Source of the DNA: Alphaproteobacteria bacterium
Lineage (GTDB): Bacteria; Pseudomonadota; Alphaproteobacteria; UBA828
Assembly: GCA_965214705.1 (NCBI GenBank)
Contig: CBDCCI010000002.1
Coordinates: 1,600,001-1,664,000 of the forward strand
Direction: 5' to 3'
Length of the DNA stretch: 64,000 bases
Both the position numbers and the translations under genes were made by a program. Below the pieces are notes generated by a model, which was given only the letters and a program-made list of their open reading frames with translations, ran no database searches and was not told the DNA's origin. Positions within the stretch are counted from its first letter, which is position 1; the number at the start of each line of letters is the position of its first letter. This document shows, one piece after another, positions 30,634 through 41,171 of the stretch.

Positions 30634-30667
30634 CCCCCTCCTCACCCCAGCCCTCTCCTCCCCTCGG
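30634..30667. repeat. REP-like palindrome, left copy, split by the IS5 (continues at 31837-31852)
   Basis: CCTCACCCCAGCCCTCTCCTCCCC...GGGCGGAGGGGG is an inverted copy of 31876-31919. Confidence 0.75.
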
Positions 30668-31836
30668 GGATTCCTCTGCGAAAGGGGGTTTGCGGATTTC
30701 GTTGCATGTGATTCGTTGCAGCAACGATGTGGAGGTCGAGTCGATGAGCGGCACGGGTCAGCTGGGATTTGCGGAAGCGTTCATGTCTGCGGGGCTGGGT
30801 ACGAACCGGAAGCTGGAACGGCTGGATGGGCTGATCGACTGGTCCCGGCTCGAGCGCCTGGCTGCGCGGGTGCGCGAAGGACGGCGGGGGCGCCCGCCCT
30901 ATGCGCCGCTGTCGATGCTGAAGGCGCTCTATCTTCAGGCGCTTTACGACCTCTCGGACCCCGGTCTGGAGGAGGCGCTGCTGGACCGGCTCTCGTTTCG
31001 TCGCTTCTGCGGCTTTGCGCTGGACGGGGGCACGCCGGACGAGACCACGATCTGCCGCTTCCGCGCAGATGCGGGCGCTGTCCTGGAGGCGGCGTTCGAG
31101 GAGATCAACCGCCAGCTGGATGCCGCCGGTCTGATCCTGCGCAAGGGCACGCTGATGGACGCGACCTTGGTGGCCTCGGCCTCGCGGCCGCCGCCTTATG
31201 CGGCCGGTGCTGGCGCCAGGAGTGCGCGCGAGCCGGGCGCGGATTGGACGCGCAAGAAGGGCCGCGCGGTCTTCGGCTACAAGGCGCATCTCGGTGTGGA
31301 CCAGGGCTCGGGGCTGATCCGTCGCCTGGTTCTGAGTTCAGCCAAGACTTACGAGAGCGAGGTTGCGGATCGTCTGGTCTGCGGCGACGAGGGGGCGGTC
31401 TACGGCGACCGCGCCTACGAGGGCAAGCCGAGACGGGCCAGGCTCAAGGCCGCCGGTATCAAGGACCGCATCATGCACCGGCGCAACAAGCACATGGCCT
31501 CGCTGCCGCCCTGGCAGCAGCGCCGCAACGATCTCATTGCGAGGCGCCGGGCGCCGGTGGAAGCGGTCTTTTCGGCGCTGAAGCGCCTCTACGGGCTGAG
31601 GCGGGCGAAGAGCCTCACGCTTGAGAGGAACACCGCCCGCCTCTACGCCGCTGCCACCGCCTGCAACCTGCGCCGCGCCAGCCTGATTGCGGGCTGCTGA
31701 CCGACCAGTGCGCCCGCAAACCGCCGTTTCAGACACAAGATCGTCCAACGATGGCGACACACCCGCCTCCATCAACACCGCCCAGCACCAAAAGCCTTCC
31801 CCAACACCCTGTCGAGCCCCTTTCGCAGAGGAATCC
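30668..31836 (+). mobile_element. IS5-family insertion sequence, 1169 bp
   Basis: Perfect 20-bp TIR GGATTCCTCTGCGAAAGGGG / CCCCTTTCGCAGAGGAATCC; no clear TSD. Confidence 0.92.
30744..31700 (+). CDS. IS5-family transposase
   Basis: GRPPY, LSDPGLEEALLDRLSFRRFCG, PDETTICRFR, MDATLV, FGYKAH, YGDRAY, RAPVEAVF. Confidence 0.95.
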   Translation: MSGTGQLGFAEAFMSAGLGTNRKLERLDGLIDWSRLERLAARVREGRRGRPPYAPLSMLKALYLQALYDLSDPGLEEALLDRLSFRRFCGFALDGGTPDETTICRFRADAGAVLEAAFEEINRQLDAAGLILRKGTLMDATLVASASRPPPYAAGAGARSAREPGADWTRKKGRAVFGYKAHLGVDQGSGLIRRLVLSSAKTYESEVADRLVCGDEGAVYGDRAYEGKPRRARLKAAGIKDRIMHRRNKHMASLPPWQQRRNDLIARRRAPVEAVFSALKRLYGLRRAKSLTLERNTARLYAAATACNLRRASLIAGC

Positions 31837-31875
31837 GAAGGGCGGAGGGGGGACGTAGGCGGCGCCACCCGTTCT

Positions 31876-31919
31876 CCCTCTCCGCCCCTGGGGGCGGAGA
31901 GGGCCGGGGTGAGGTGGGG
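31876..31919. repeat. REP-like palindrome, right copy
   Basis: CCCTCTCCGCCCC-TG-GGGGCGGAGAGGG followed by CCGGGGTGAGGTGGGG. Confidence 0.8.
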
Positions 31920-33276
31920 CATATGCGCATCCTCACTTGTTTGCGGCTCTTCGATGAAGCGTTCCGCGATTTGGGTCAGGCGCCGTCGGGACAGTTCGGA
32001 GAGGGATTTGGAGATCTGGTTCCATTGGTCGATCACCTCGGCGAGGGACAAATGGGGTTCGATGGCTCGCACGACCTGGTTGAGCATGAACCTGAAGTCA
32101 CGCCAGGTGCTGTGCGGCCCGCCTCCAGGCTGTATCCCCAGGGGGAAACCGTGCTGGCATGACGGATCAGCTTTTCCACCAGCAGCGCCACCAGGAGTTT
32201 GCCGTAGAGCCACGCCTTGGCGCTCTCGTCGTCGTATTTGGGCAGATGCCCCAACTGCGCCAGAGACTTGAAGCGCTTGAAGACCAGTTCGACCTGCCAG
32301 CGGGTGCGATACCACTCCAGGACCTGCGCCGCGCTGAAGGCCGCTTCGGGAAAGGTCGTGAACACGATGACGTAGCGCGCGAACTCCAGGGTTCGCGGCC
32401 GAACCTGCTTGCCCTTGCGCCCGGCCTCCTTGCGCAGCTTGCGCTGCGCCAGCCTGATGGCTTCCTGCGTCTTTCTGATCGCGCACACGCGCCCCGGCAC
32501 CGCGATGCCGTCGCCGACCGCCAGCACGGGCCAGGATCGCACGCTGCCGACCCGCTTCAGCGTCGTGACGTGTGCAAGCAGGTCGAACGGCGCGCCGTCG
32601 CGCGTTCGAAGCGACAGCGACCCGGTGTTCACGCGCACGGTGACGTGACCCCCCGCAGACACCACGTGGTGGAGGCCCGCAGCAGTCGAGTACGCCCGGT
32701 CGGCGAGCACAAAGTCGCCCTCGCCGACCGGGAACTGCGAGAACGCCTCGCCCGTGCCCCGTCCCTCGCTCGCCGTGAGCTTGAAGAAGTCGCACGCCAG
32801 CGACGGAAGGCGCACGCTGTAGTGCAGGCGCCACAGCGCCCCGGTCCGGCCCGGCTCCTTCACCGTCGTCGCGTCGAAGGCCCTGACCTGGAACCCGCCA
32901 GCGGCCGACATCGCCATCCCCTGTTCGCGAAACAGCGCGACGCACAACGCGTGAAGCCAATCCCCCGACTTCCTCAGCCGCTTCAACAAGGCCACGTCGG
33001 ACAGATCGGCCAGGTTCGCCTTCCTCGCACGCACCACGGTCTCGCGCAGCGAGTGTCCGCAGGCCAGATGCAGCAACAGCGTGCGCAGCAGGGCATCGAC
33101 CGACTTGTCCTTGCGCAGACCCTTCAAGGCCCCGGTCTCCCGTGCCAACTCCCGCCAGCCCTCGGGCAGAAACAACGACACCACTTCCCACTCCTCGTCC
33201 ATCCGCCAAGCCTCCCCGCAGCGCGCACCAACCCACAATACGGAGTGCCGACATGACAAACAAGTTAGCGCTTATG
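31920..33276 (-). mobile_element. IS4-family insertion sequence
   Basis: Ends CATATGCGC(ATCC)TCACTTGTTTG and CATAAGCGCTAACTTGTTTG (CAT termini, imperfect IR); no convincing TSD. Confidence 0.75.
32033..33202 (-). CDS. IS4-family DDE transposase
   Basis: FDATTV, LADRAY, YREK signature YRTRWQVELVFKRFKS. Confidence 0.92.
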   Translation of the reverse strand: MDEEWEVVSLFLPEGWRELARETGALKGLRKDKSVDALLRTLLLHLACGHSLRETVVRARKANLADLSDVALLKRLRKSGDWLHALCVALFREQGMAMSAAGGFQVRAFDATTVKEPGRTGALWRLHYSVRLPSLACDFFKLTASEGRGTGEAFSQFPVGEGDFVLADRAYSTAAGLHHVVSAGGHVTVRVNTGSLSLRTRDGAPFDLLAHVTTLKRVGSVRSWPVLAVGDGIAVPGRVCAIRKTQEAIRLAQRKLRKEAGRKGKQVRPRTLEFARYVIVFTTFPEAAFSAAQVLEWYRTRWQVELVFKRFKSLAQLGHLPKYDDESAKAWLYGKLLVALLVEKLIRHASTVSPWGYSLEAGRTAPGVTSGSCSTRSCEPSNPICPSPR

Positions 33277-33365
33277 GGGCCTACACCACGGCCGACGGCA
33301 CGATCTACGAGGGTTCGTGGCGCGAGCGTTGCTTCGGCGAGCGCGAGGGTGGACGGGCGTGGAAT
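33277..33365 (+). pseudogene. Remnant of a MORN-repeat protein 3' end
   Basis: GAYTTADGTIYEGSW-RERCF matches the MORN pattern GxYxxxDGxxYEGxW; cut off by the IS4 end. Confidence 0.5.
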
Positions 33366-33489
33366 TGCGGTACTCCATCCGTGTATAGTGCGGCTCGGAG
33401 TTGTCATGGGAACCGAGCCGGGGACCGTAGCGGGCCGCGCCGGCTCGGGGCGCCGAGAAATGGATTTCTGGAGGAGTGGGAGGCTGAGC

Positions 33490-34683
33490 ATGAGCGAAAA
33501 GTTGCGTATTCCGGACATATCGCGCCGCGACGTGCTTAAGGGCACGGCGGCTGCCGCGACTCTGGCGGCCGCTGGATCGCTGGCAACGACGCGCGTGGCG
33601 CAGGCGGCGTCCACGACGGTGAAGGGCTACGGCGTCACCACGTCGCAGCTCAAGGACTGGTCCATCATGGAGAAGGCCATCGGCATCACGATGGAATTCA
33701 CCGGGACCAACGCCGACATCGGCACTTACATGCGTGACGTGATCTCGAACGACCTCGGCGAGACTCACGATATCTTCATCTTCGACGGCGGGACCGAGGA
33801 CATCCTGGGTCCCCAGGGCTACTACGCTACCGTCATCGAGGATCACCCGAACCTCGAGCTCTGGGGGCGCACCTCCGACGATTGGAAGCGCACCGATCTG
33901 CTGCAGGACTACGACGGCAACCAGTACGGCGTGCCCGTCATCGGTAATGCGGACAGCTTCGGCTACTTCCCCGAGGCCATCGGCGCCAACCCTGAGGGTC
34001 TCGACGAGATCCCCTGGAGCAAGATGTTCGAGGACGAGGACACCAAGGGCCGCGTCTCGCTCGACCGCAGCTGGCTGCTTTCGAGCCCCGAGGTCGGCCT
34101 CTACCTCAAGGCGAACGGCCGGGCCGAGATCGAGGACGTCGCCAACATGACCGGCGAGGAAGCCCGCGTGGTCGCGGACTTCGCGGCCGACCGCAAGCGC
34201 GCCGGGCAGTTCCGCTCACTCCACGCGGCCTTCGAGGAGCAGGTGCAGCTGCTCAGCAACAAGGAGATCGACCTGATCAACTGCTGGGAGCCGGCGACCA
34301 AGGAGGCCAACAACATCCTCGGCCCCGGCACGGTGATCTACGCCTTCACGGTCGAGGGCTATTACAAGTGGGGCCATGGCGCCTACATGCACACCAAGGC
34401 CGGCGAGCGCGACAACGTCGACAACATCTACAAGGTGCTCAACTACTACATGACCGGCGAGTATCGCGCCTACCAGGCGATCCAGCGCGGCTACGCCGGA
34501 CCCAACATGGACCTCGGCGTGAAGTACGCGGAGGACAACGGCTGGCCGCAGGAGCAGATCGACGAGCTCAAGTGGACCGAGGTCAAGGTCAACAAGAAGT
34601 TCGAGAAGCCCTTCTTCGGCAAGCCCGCAGCGCCGAACTCCGATGTCATGGAAGAGGAGTGGCAGCGGTTCCTAAACGCCTGA
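33490..34683 (+). CDS. ABC transporter substrate-binding protein (PotD/PotF-like) with a Tat signal
   Basis: SRRDVLK twin-arginine signal; YGVPVIGNADSFGY; followed by two permeases. Confidence 0.85.
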   Translation: MSEKLRIPDISRRDVLKGTAAAATLAAAGSLATTRVAQAASTTVKGYGVTTSQLKDWSIMEKAIGITMEFTGTNADIGTYMRDVISNDLGETHDIFIFDGGTEDILGPQGYYATVIEDHPNLELWGRTSDDWKRTDLLQDYDGNQYGVPVIGNADSFGYFPEAIGANPEGLDEIPWSKMFEDEDTKGRVSLDRSWLLSSPEVGLYLKANGRAEIEDVANMTGEEARVVADFAADRKRAGQFRSLHAAFEEQVQLLSNKEIDLINCWEPATKEANNILGPGTVIYAFTVEGYYKWGHGAYMHTKAGERDNVDNIYKVLNYYMTGEYRAYQAIQRGYAGPNMDLGVKYAEDNGWPQEQIDELKWTEVKVNKKFEKPFFGKPAAPNSDVMEEEWQRFLNA

Positions 34684-34707
34684 CCGCGCCATTCGCGATG
34701 TGACGAC

Positions 34708-34761
34708 AGCCCCGGTGCGCCCCGCGAACACCTTCGCACGGCGCGCCGGGGCTCTTTCTTT
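34708..34761 (+). terminator. Intra-operon stem-loop with a U tract
   Basis: AGCCCCGGTGCGCC...GGCGCGCCGGGGCT followed by CTTTCTTT, between the binding protein and the permease. Confidence 0.65.
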
Positions 34762-34772
34762 GTCGGCGAGCG

Positions 34773-35693
34773 ATGACTGACTCGGCGGGAAGCGGCTTCC
34801 TCGACGATCTCCGCGCCGGCTACACCCGGATGTTCTCGGGCAACTGGGTGGTGCCGGTGTTCGTCGCCGCGTGGGTGGTCATCGTCATCCTGCCGTTGCT
34901 GGTCATGGTGGCGCACTCGTTCTTCGAGATGAAGAACTACCAGGTGTCCTACGACGCCTCGTTCAAGACATGGAATTCGTTGATCGACTCCGGGCGCTGG
35001 ATCGCGGCGGTGCGCACGCTCCGCGTCGTGCTCGTGATGACGGTGGTCGAGTTCCTGATCGCCTTCCCCTTCGCGCTGTGGCTCGCCAAGACCTGCAAGT
35101 CGAAGGTGACCAAGGCGGTCATCATCACGCTGCTCACCATCCCGTTCTTCCTCGACCCCTCCTCGCGCACGATCATCTGGCGCGCCATCCTGGGCAAGAA
35201 CGGCATCATCAACACCGTCCTCATGGAGCTCGGCATCATCGGCGAGCCCATGGAATGGATGCTGTTCTCGGAGTTCGCCGTCCACTTCGGGATGCTCGCG
35301 CCCTACTTCCCGACGATGGTGTTTCCCATCTTCCTGGTCGTGAGCCTCATCGACGACCACTACCTGGAGGCGAGCCGCGACCTCGGCGCGAGCAAGCTGC
35401 ACACGCTCTTCTTCATCATCTTGCCGCTCTCGCTGCCGGGCATCGTCGCCGGCGCCGTCTTCACCATGGTGCCGCTCATGGCGACCTGGGTAGAGCCGGA
35501 GATGCTGGGCGGCGGCTTCGTCAACCTGCTCGGGCCATCGGTGGAGGCCGCGATTCGGAATCTGAAGTACCCGACCGCGGCCGCGCTCTCGGTCTTCGTC
35601 ATCATCGTGCTCGCGCTGCTGCTCACGCTGCTGATCCTGGCGACGCGGCGGCTCGGCTCCATCGGCGACGTCTTCCAGACGTTGAGGCGGTGA
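34773..35693 (+). CDS. ABC transporter permease (PotB-like)
   Basis: GIINTVL, EAA-loop LEASRDLGA, ILPLSLPGIVAG. Confidence 0.9.
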   Translation: MTDSAGSGFLDDLRAGYTRMFSGNWVVPVFVAAWVVIVILPLLVMVAHSFFEMKNYQVSYDASFKTWNSLIDSGRWIAAVRTLRVVLVMTVVEFLIAFPFALWLAKTCKSKVTKAVIITLLTIPFFLDPSSRTIIWRAILGKNGIINTVLMELGIIGEPMEWMLFSEFAVHFGMLAPYFPTMVFPIFLVVSLIDDHYLEASRDLGASKLHTLFFIILPLSLPGIVAGAVFTMVPLMATWVEPEMLGGGFVNLLGPSVEAAIRNLKYPTAAALSVFVIIVLALLLTLLILATRRLGSIGDVFQTLRR

Positions 35694-35697
35694 GACG

Positions 35698-36573
35698 ATG
35701 AGCGAGCGGGCGCAGCACAGGATGGCGGCGACCATCGACGACCAGATCGGCCACGGCGGTGCGCTCTTCTGGCGGCGCCTCTCGGCGTGGCGGCTCTGGA
35801 CCGCGATCGCCAAGTGGCTCGGGCTGATCGTCATCCTGCTGATGTACATCCCGCTGGTCTGGCTCGCGGTGATGTCGTTCAGCGGCCGGCCGCTCTCGGG
35901 CATCCCCTACCCGCTCACCATGGAGCACTACGACGAGCTCATGGGCGCGTTCAACAAGTGGGGGGAGCCGCTCTACGAGAGCGTCGCCATGGGCGTGGTG
36001 GTCGGCATCGTCTGCATGATCGTGGCGACCGCCGTGGGCCGCGCCATGCCCCGGATGCGCAAGCCGGGCGGGGTGATCCTGATTGCGCTCATCCCCCTCT
36101 TCGTGCCGGGGCTCACCATGGGTGCGGCGCTCTTCATCTCGGTCCGCTCCTTCCTCGACCTCCGGCTCGGGCTCTGGTCGATCTTCCTCGGCCACATGGT
36201 GTGGTCGCTGCCGTTCTCGCTCCTGCTTGTGCTGATCATCGCGACCCGCTTCGACCACCGCCTGCTGGAGGCCGCCCAGGACTTGGGCGCCACCGGCTGG
36301 CGCCGCTTCTGGGATATCGAGTTTCCGATCCTGCGCCCCGGCATCGTCGGCGCCGGCATCTTCGGCTTCCTGCTCTCCTTCAACGAGCTGCTGCGCTCGA
36401 TCTTCCTGCGTGGCTCGGAGACGACGATGCCGATCTATAACTGGACCATGACAGCGTCGCACCAGTCGCAAGTGCCGATCATCTTCTCGTTGTCGACGAT
36501 CATTCTGGCCGTCACACTGCCGATCCTCGGCGGCTTCTTCTGGCTGCTGTTCGCGAAGTTGGATCGCGGCTGA
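35698..36573 (+). CDS. ABC transporter permease (PotC-like)
   Basis: YIPLVWLAVMSF, LEAAQDLGA, FLLSFNE. Confidence 0.9.
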   Translation: MSERAQHRMAATIDDQIGHGGALFWRRLSAWRLWTAIAKWLGLIVILLMYIPLVWLAVMSFSGRPLSGIPYPLTMEHYDELMGAFNKWGEPLYESVAMGVVVGIVCMIVATAVGRAMPRMRKPGGVILIALIPLFVPGLTMGAALFISVRSFLDLRLGLWSIFLGHMVWSLPFSLLLVLIIATRFDHRLLEAAQDLGATGWRRFWDIEFPILRPGIVGAGIFGFLLSFNELLRSIFLRGSETTMPIYNWTMTASHQSQVPIIFSLSTIILAVTLPILGGFFWLLFAKLDRG

Positions 36574-36584
36574 GCGCCGACCGC

Positions 36585-38012
36585 TCACTCCGGGCGCAAC
36601 ACGTCGAAGGCGATGCTGATACGCTCCTCGTCGCCTTTGAACGGAAGCGTGCGATGAAACGTATAGGAGGGAAACAGGAGCATCAGCCCTTCCTCGGGTT
36701 TGACAAGCCTGGTCTCGGGCTCCGCTCGGATCTGGAAGTCCCAATAGGGCCGCCCGAACTCGATCCACCCGGCATGGGCAGCATCGTCCTCGTCGACGGC
36801 CCTGGGCAGATGCACATAGTAGACCCCGCTCAGCCAAGCCGATGGATGGATATGGGGAACCTGATATGCGCCCGCATCGAGGATCACCCCCCACGCCGTG
36901 GTTCTGGTTTGGCGCGGAACATCGGCCATAAACGGATGATCCGAGCCCCGCGGCAGCGCCTCTCGATAGTCGTCTACCGCGCGTTCGATCATCTTATGAA
37001 ATGTCGCGATCGCGGGCCCGCGGCCCGGGAACAACTCTCCCGTGCTCTTGCCCCTCTCCATCGAGTAGCTTTCGGGCGCCTCCTGCAAGGTCGGATGGCT
37101 TCGGATATGGGCGGCCAAGGCCTCATTGAACGCGGTCATGTCCGCAAAACCGGCGGGCGGCGAGCAACGCACGTGCCGAATCAAGCCATCGAAGCCGAGC
37201 AGCTCTCGCGCCGCGGCGTGCTCCCCCAGCTCCCATAGGGCGACCGCCTTCATGGCGAGCGCACCGCTTTGGCCCGGACGGCGAGCCAAAAATGCGTCGC
37301 AGGCCTCAAGCGCAGCGCGCGGATCCTTCCGATCGAAATGCGCGTGGACATGGCGCGGCTTGCCTACCTGGAACGAGGCATCGAGAACATCGACCTTGAG
37401 CGCCGCCGCCCGCTGATAGGCTCTCAGAGCATTGTTGAGACTGCCACTCGCGTAAAGCGCGTTCCCGAGGGCGAAGTGCGCCTCCGCATTTTCGGGATCG
37501 ATCGCGATCGCCCGGTGGAACGCGCGCTCGGCCCGGTCGAGGTCCCCCTTCGCGTGGTCGACCAGGCCGATCTGAAGCATGGTACCGGCATGATCGGGGC
37601 GAAGCTCGGCGGCGCGACCAAAGGCCGCGGCGGCGCCATCCAGATCACCCTTCCCGCGCAGCGCGTGACCGAGGTTGAAATGCGTCTCCGCTTTGGCCGG
37701 ATCGATCTCGACTGCGCGGCGATATGCGGTGATCGCCCCGTCGATATGACCGGCTACCTGGAGCGCGTTGCCAAGATCGTTATGTGCGCCCGAATCGCGA
37801 TCGTCGAGCGCGACGGCGCGCCGCAACAGCGCGACCGCCTGTCTGGGCTCGTCGAGTTGGAGCGAGACCACGGCGCAGGCCTTCAACGCATCCTTGTGAT
37901 CGGGGCGTGCGGCGAGAACCTCGCGATAGAGCGCCTGCGAATCGGTGAGCCGCCCGGTTCGCCGATAGAGGGCGGCTCGGCGCAACGCTTCACGGATGCG
38001 GGTCGCCGACAT
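36585..38012 (-). CDS. TPR-repeat protein with a C-terminal putative 2OG-Fe(II) oxygenase domain
   Basis: Several TPRs (AHNDLGNAL, THFNLGHAL, AHFALGNAL); PHIHPSAWLSGVYY...LFPSYTFH...RISIAFD. Confidence 0.9.
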   Translation of the reverse strand: MSATRIREALRRAALYRRTGRLTDSQALYREVLAARPDHKDALKACAVVSLQLDEPRQAVALLRRAVALDDRDSGAHNDLGNALQVAGHIDGAITAYRRAVEIDPAKAETHFNLGHALRGKGDLDGAAAAFGRAAELRPDHAGTMLQIGLVDHAKGDLDRAERAFHRAIAIDPENAEAHFALGNALYASGSLNNALRAYQRAAALKVDVLDASFQVGKPRHVHAHFDRKDPRAALEACDAFLARRPGQSGALAMKAVALWELGEHAAARELLGFDGLIRHVRCSPPAGFADMTAFNEALAAHIRSHPTLQEAPESYSMERGKSTGELFPGRGPAIATFHKMIERAVDDYREALPRGSDHPFMADVPRQTRTTAWGVILDAGAYQVPHIHPSAWLSGVYYVHLPRAVDEDDAAHAGWIEFGRPYWDFQIRAEPETRLVKPEEGLMLLFPSYTFHRTLPFKGDEERISIAFDVLRPE

Positions 38013-39266
38013 CGTCGCACGACGACCGCCGTCGCTGGTGCCTTGGCGCGCCGCTCCCGGTGCGTCAGTGGGCCAAGAACTCTTCCCTCGCGAACGTCTG
38101 CTCTGGTTCAGCGCCATGCCGCCTTCCGACCCTCGCCCCCTCCGTTAAGGGAGCACGACGTGAGGTGATGCTAGAGTATTTTTCGGCCTCAGAGAATCCG
38201 TACAATTTTCAGTTGGTTGGGTTCGCAATTCAAGATACGGGCTGGTGAGGGAGGCCAACCCGCATGACGCGACGTCCCTCGAATGATTTGCGTCACCGGG
38301 TCGCGGTGGCAAGCGCCGAGCCCGATTACGGAATCTTTGCCATGAGCGTCGAACTTTCCACTGCCCACGGTAAATCTCCCATCTGGCAAATCCATCTTCA
38401 AATAGTGTGCGAATTAACACCCGGCCCTGCCTGCCGGATGCCGCGCAAAGCGCGAGCCTCCTAACACCATCACCTGAGACGCGATCGTCGGGTCGAACGC
38501 TTGCGCCAAGTAAGGATTGGGGCTTCGCCTGCCAAGCACGCTCACTTCGAGGCCGAATGAGCCGCCTTCATTGCGGCTTTCGCCCAAGTGCAGGGCTCGC
38601 GAGGGAACTGTTCGCAGAACCTTGTGATTGAACCGCCGTTACCGGTATCCAGTGCAGCACACATCAGGAACAAGGGGTATTAGGCTGCGTACTCATAAAG
38701 TAACGCCTCCGTGCAGGCCGAACATGGCTCTTGTCCCGCTCGGCATTCCGCTCCCGCGTCCGAGCCGCAATCGGCATGGCCCGTCGCGCGGCGCTGCCCG
38801 GACGCCCGGCTTCTCCGCTCCGAACCCAGTCCATTTCGGACCTCCGGCGCCGACGCGGTATCGACTCGCGGGCCCGGCCCTCGCCCGCGAAAGAGTTCAG
38901 AGCAGCCGGCGCAGCCCGACCCGGAGCGTTGAAGGCGGCCGATCTCCCTCCGGAAGAGCCGGGGCCGCGATCAGTGGCGAGCGGGCCACAGCCGACCCGA
39001 AGCGGTACGGCAGGACCATTTACAGTCGTGCATCGGGCGCTGTCGGAGGCGCCGGGGGCAACGAGTGTGGTGAACAGGACCGTCACTCGGACTTGATTGC
39101 CGACAGCAGCGGTTCGACGATGGGTACAATCGCGATCTGTCGGTATGTCGCCGTGACCGCGCAATGGTTCGGCGACACCTGTTCGTAACAAATCGTTTCT
39201 ACCCTCGACCAGCACCTTCGCGCGCGTCTCCTCTGCTGAACGAGATACAATCGGCGGGCCGGTCCC

Positions 39267-40904
39267 ATGATCGAGATCATCGCAGGCATAGCGGGAGGAC
39301 TCGGGCTCTTCTTCGTCGGCATGTGGCTGCTCACGGAAAACCTGCGAGCACTCGCCAGCCGCCGCCTGCGGATGATCGCTCACCGGTGGACGGAGAACGG
39401 ACTGAGCGGGTTCTCGTGGGGAGCGCTTGCCGGCACCGTCACCCAGAACTCGACCGCGCTGACCTTCATTCTGGTGAGCATGCTGAGATCGGGCCTGATC
39501 TCCACACGCGGCGCCCTCATCGTCCTGATCGGCGGCAATATCGGCGTGACGCTGCTGGTGCTCGTGGTGACGTTCGACATCGAGCTGATCTCGATGTGTG
39601 TCCTCGGCGTCGCGGGCGTGGCCATGATCAGCGAGCGGCTGTCGAGGTACAGGCTTATCGCCGCGTCCTTCTTCGGTGGCGCCATGATCATTCTCGGGCT
39701 CGTCTTGCTCAAGCAGGCGGTCGCGCCATTGGCGGACGAGCCCTGGTTCGGCGGGATGGTCGAGTCGATGGAGGGCTCCCTGGTTCTCGCTTTCCTGATC
39801 GGCGCGCTGCTGACCTTCATCGTGCAATCGGTGATCGTTGTCTGCGTCGTCGGCGTCAGCGTGGCGACGCTCGGCGTCATCACGATCGACCAGACGATCA
39901 TGCTCATCTATGGCAGCGTTCTCGGAGCCAGCGTGACCTTGCTCGTCTTGGCGGCCGGCCTCACCGGGCGAGCCCGTCAGGTTGCCATGTACCAGGTGCT
40001 CGTCAACGGGCTGAGTAGTCCTGTACTGGTTCTGTTGTTCGTCATCGAGCTCAATTTCGATATCCCGTTGCTCAAGTCCCTGGCATTCTCGTTCGATGTG
40101 AGCCTGGCCCAGCAACTGGCCCTCTGCGTTGTCTTCATTCCCCTGTTCTGCTCGCCCTTCATGGTTCTTACCCTGAAGCCGTCGGTCCGTCTGTTGGAAC
40201 GGTTGTGGCCGGACACGGCCGAGGAGCAGGCGTCACGGACGAAGTTCATCCACGACCACGCCTTGACGGACGTGGAGAGTGCGCTCGCGCTGGTCGACCT
40301 CGAGCAGCGGCGTGTGCTGGAGATCCTGACGCAGTATTTCGACCGGGTGCGGCAGGGAGACAAAGTGGACACGCTTCACGAGGCGACACGCAACCTGTTG
40401 ACCGAAATCGAGGAGTTTCTGGTTGAGTCGGCCGGACACCACCCCAGCCAGAGTGTCGAGGATCACAGCTCCATGCTGACCCGCCAGAAGCTTCTGTCTT
40501 GGTTGGAGGATCAGGTGGCAAACCTGTGCACGATGCTGCAGTCCCTGTCCGATCGACCGGACGACAGGGCGCTTCGAACCACCATCTGCGAGGGCGTCGA
40601 CGCGGTATTCCTGTCACTGCACTATGCCATCGAGAGCGACGACGACGAATTGTGGCCGATGGCAAAGAAGCTGGTCGACGATCGCAGCGACTTGATGTCG
40701 AACATTCGCCGCACGTACCGGCAATCGGGACAGCCTCTCGACGAGGCGGAGCGCGCTCGCATCGTGGAGATCACCAACACGGTCGAACAGATCTTCTTCC
40801 TTCTGTCCAAGTTGGTTCGGGAGTTGGACGCCTCTCCGATCCCGTCCACATACGACCTGGTGAGCCGGCACATGCGGCCCGACCGAGCCGGTATTGGTTC
40901 GTGA
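39267..40904 (+). CDS. Na/Pi cotransporter family protein
   Basis: GGLGLFFVGM, TQNST, GGNIG, second repeat VQS; helical PhoU-like C-terminus. Confidence 0.88.
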   Translation: MIEIIAGIAGGLGLFFVGMWLLTENLRALASRRLRMIAHRWTENGLSGFSWGALAGTVTQNSTALTFILVSMLRSGLISTRGALIVLIGGNIGVTLLVLVVTFDIELISMCVLGVAGVAMISERLSRYRLIAASFFGGAMIILGLVLLKQAVAPLADEPWFGGMVESMEGSLVLAFLIGALLTFIVQSVIVVCVVGVSVATLGVITIDQTIMLIYGSVLGASVTLLVLAAGLTGRARQVAMYQVLVNGLSSPVLVLLFVIELNFDIPLLKSLAFSFDVSLAQQLALCVVFIPLFCSPFMVLTLKPSVRLLERLWPDTAEEQASRTKFIHDHALTDVESALALVDLEQRRVLEILTQYFDRVRQGDKVDTLHEATRNLLTEIEEFLVESAGHHPSQSVEDHSSMLTRQKLLSWLEDQVANLCTMLQSLSDRPDDRALRTTICEGVDAVFLSLHYAIESDDDELWPMAKKLVDDRSDLMSNIRRTYRQSGQPLDEAERARIVEITNTVEQIFFLLSKLVRELDASPIPSTYDLVSRHMRPDRAGIGS

Positions 40905-41171
40905 GGCGGATGAGGAAGACCGATGCAAGGGTCACCCTCGAACGCCTGATGGCGGGCGACCCGGTCACGGTCGTCGTGTGCGTGCAGCCGACCATGACAT
41001 GCAGTGAGCCGAGGATGTTCGACAGCGATGTCCCGAAGCAGGGTGACGGACGCGGACGCACCGGGGTGCAGCAGCCGGAAGCCCCGCCGCGCGTTCGTGT
41101 CCCATTGACTGCCGACGCTCAAGGATTGACGGTACGGCAGCCAGGACCACTCGGGTAGCCTCGATACGGCC

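Noticed and set aside
29853-30743. Apparent 297-aa N-terminal extension on the IS5 transposase
   Set aside because: It extends outside the TIR and overlaps the PhnD-like gene in another frame; the real start is 30744.
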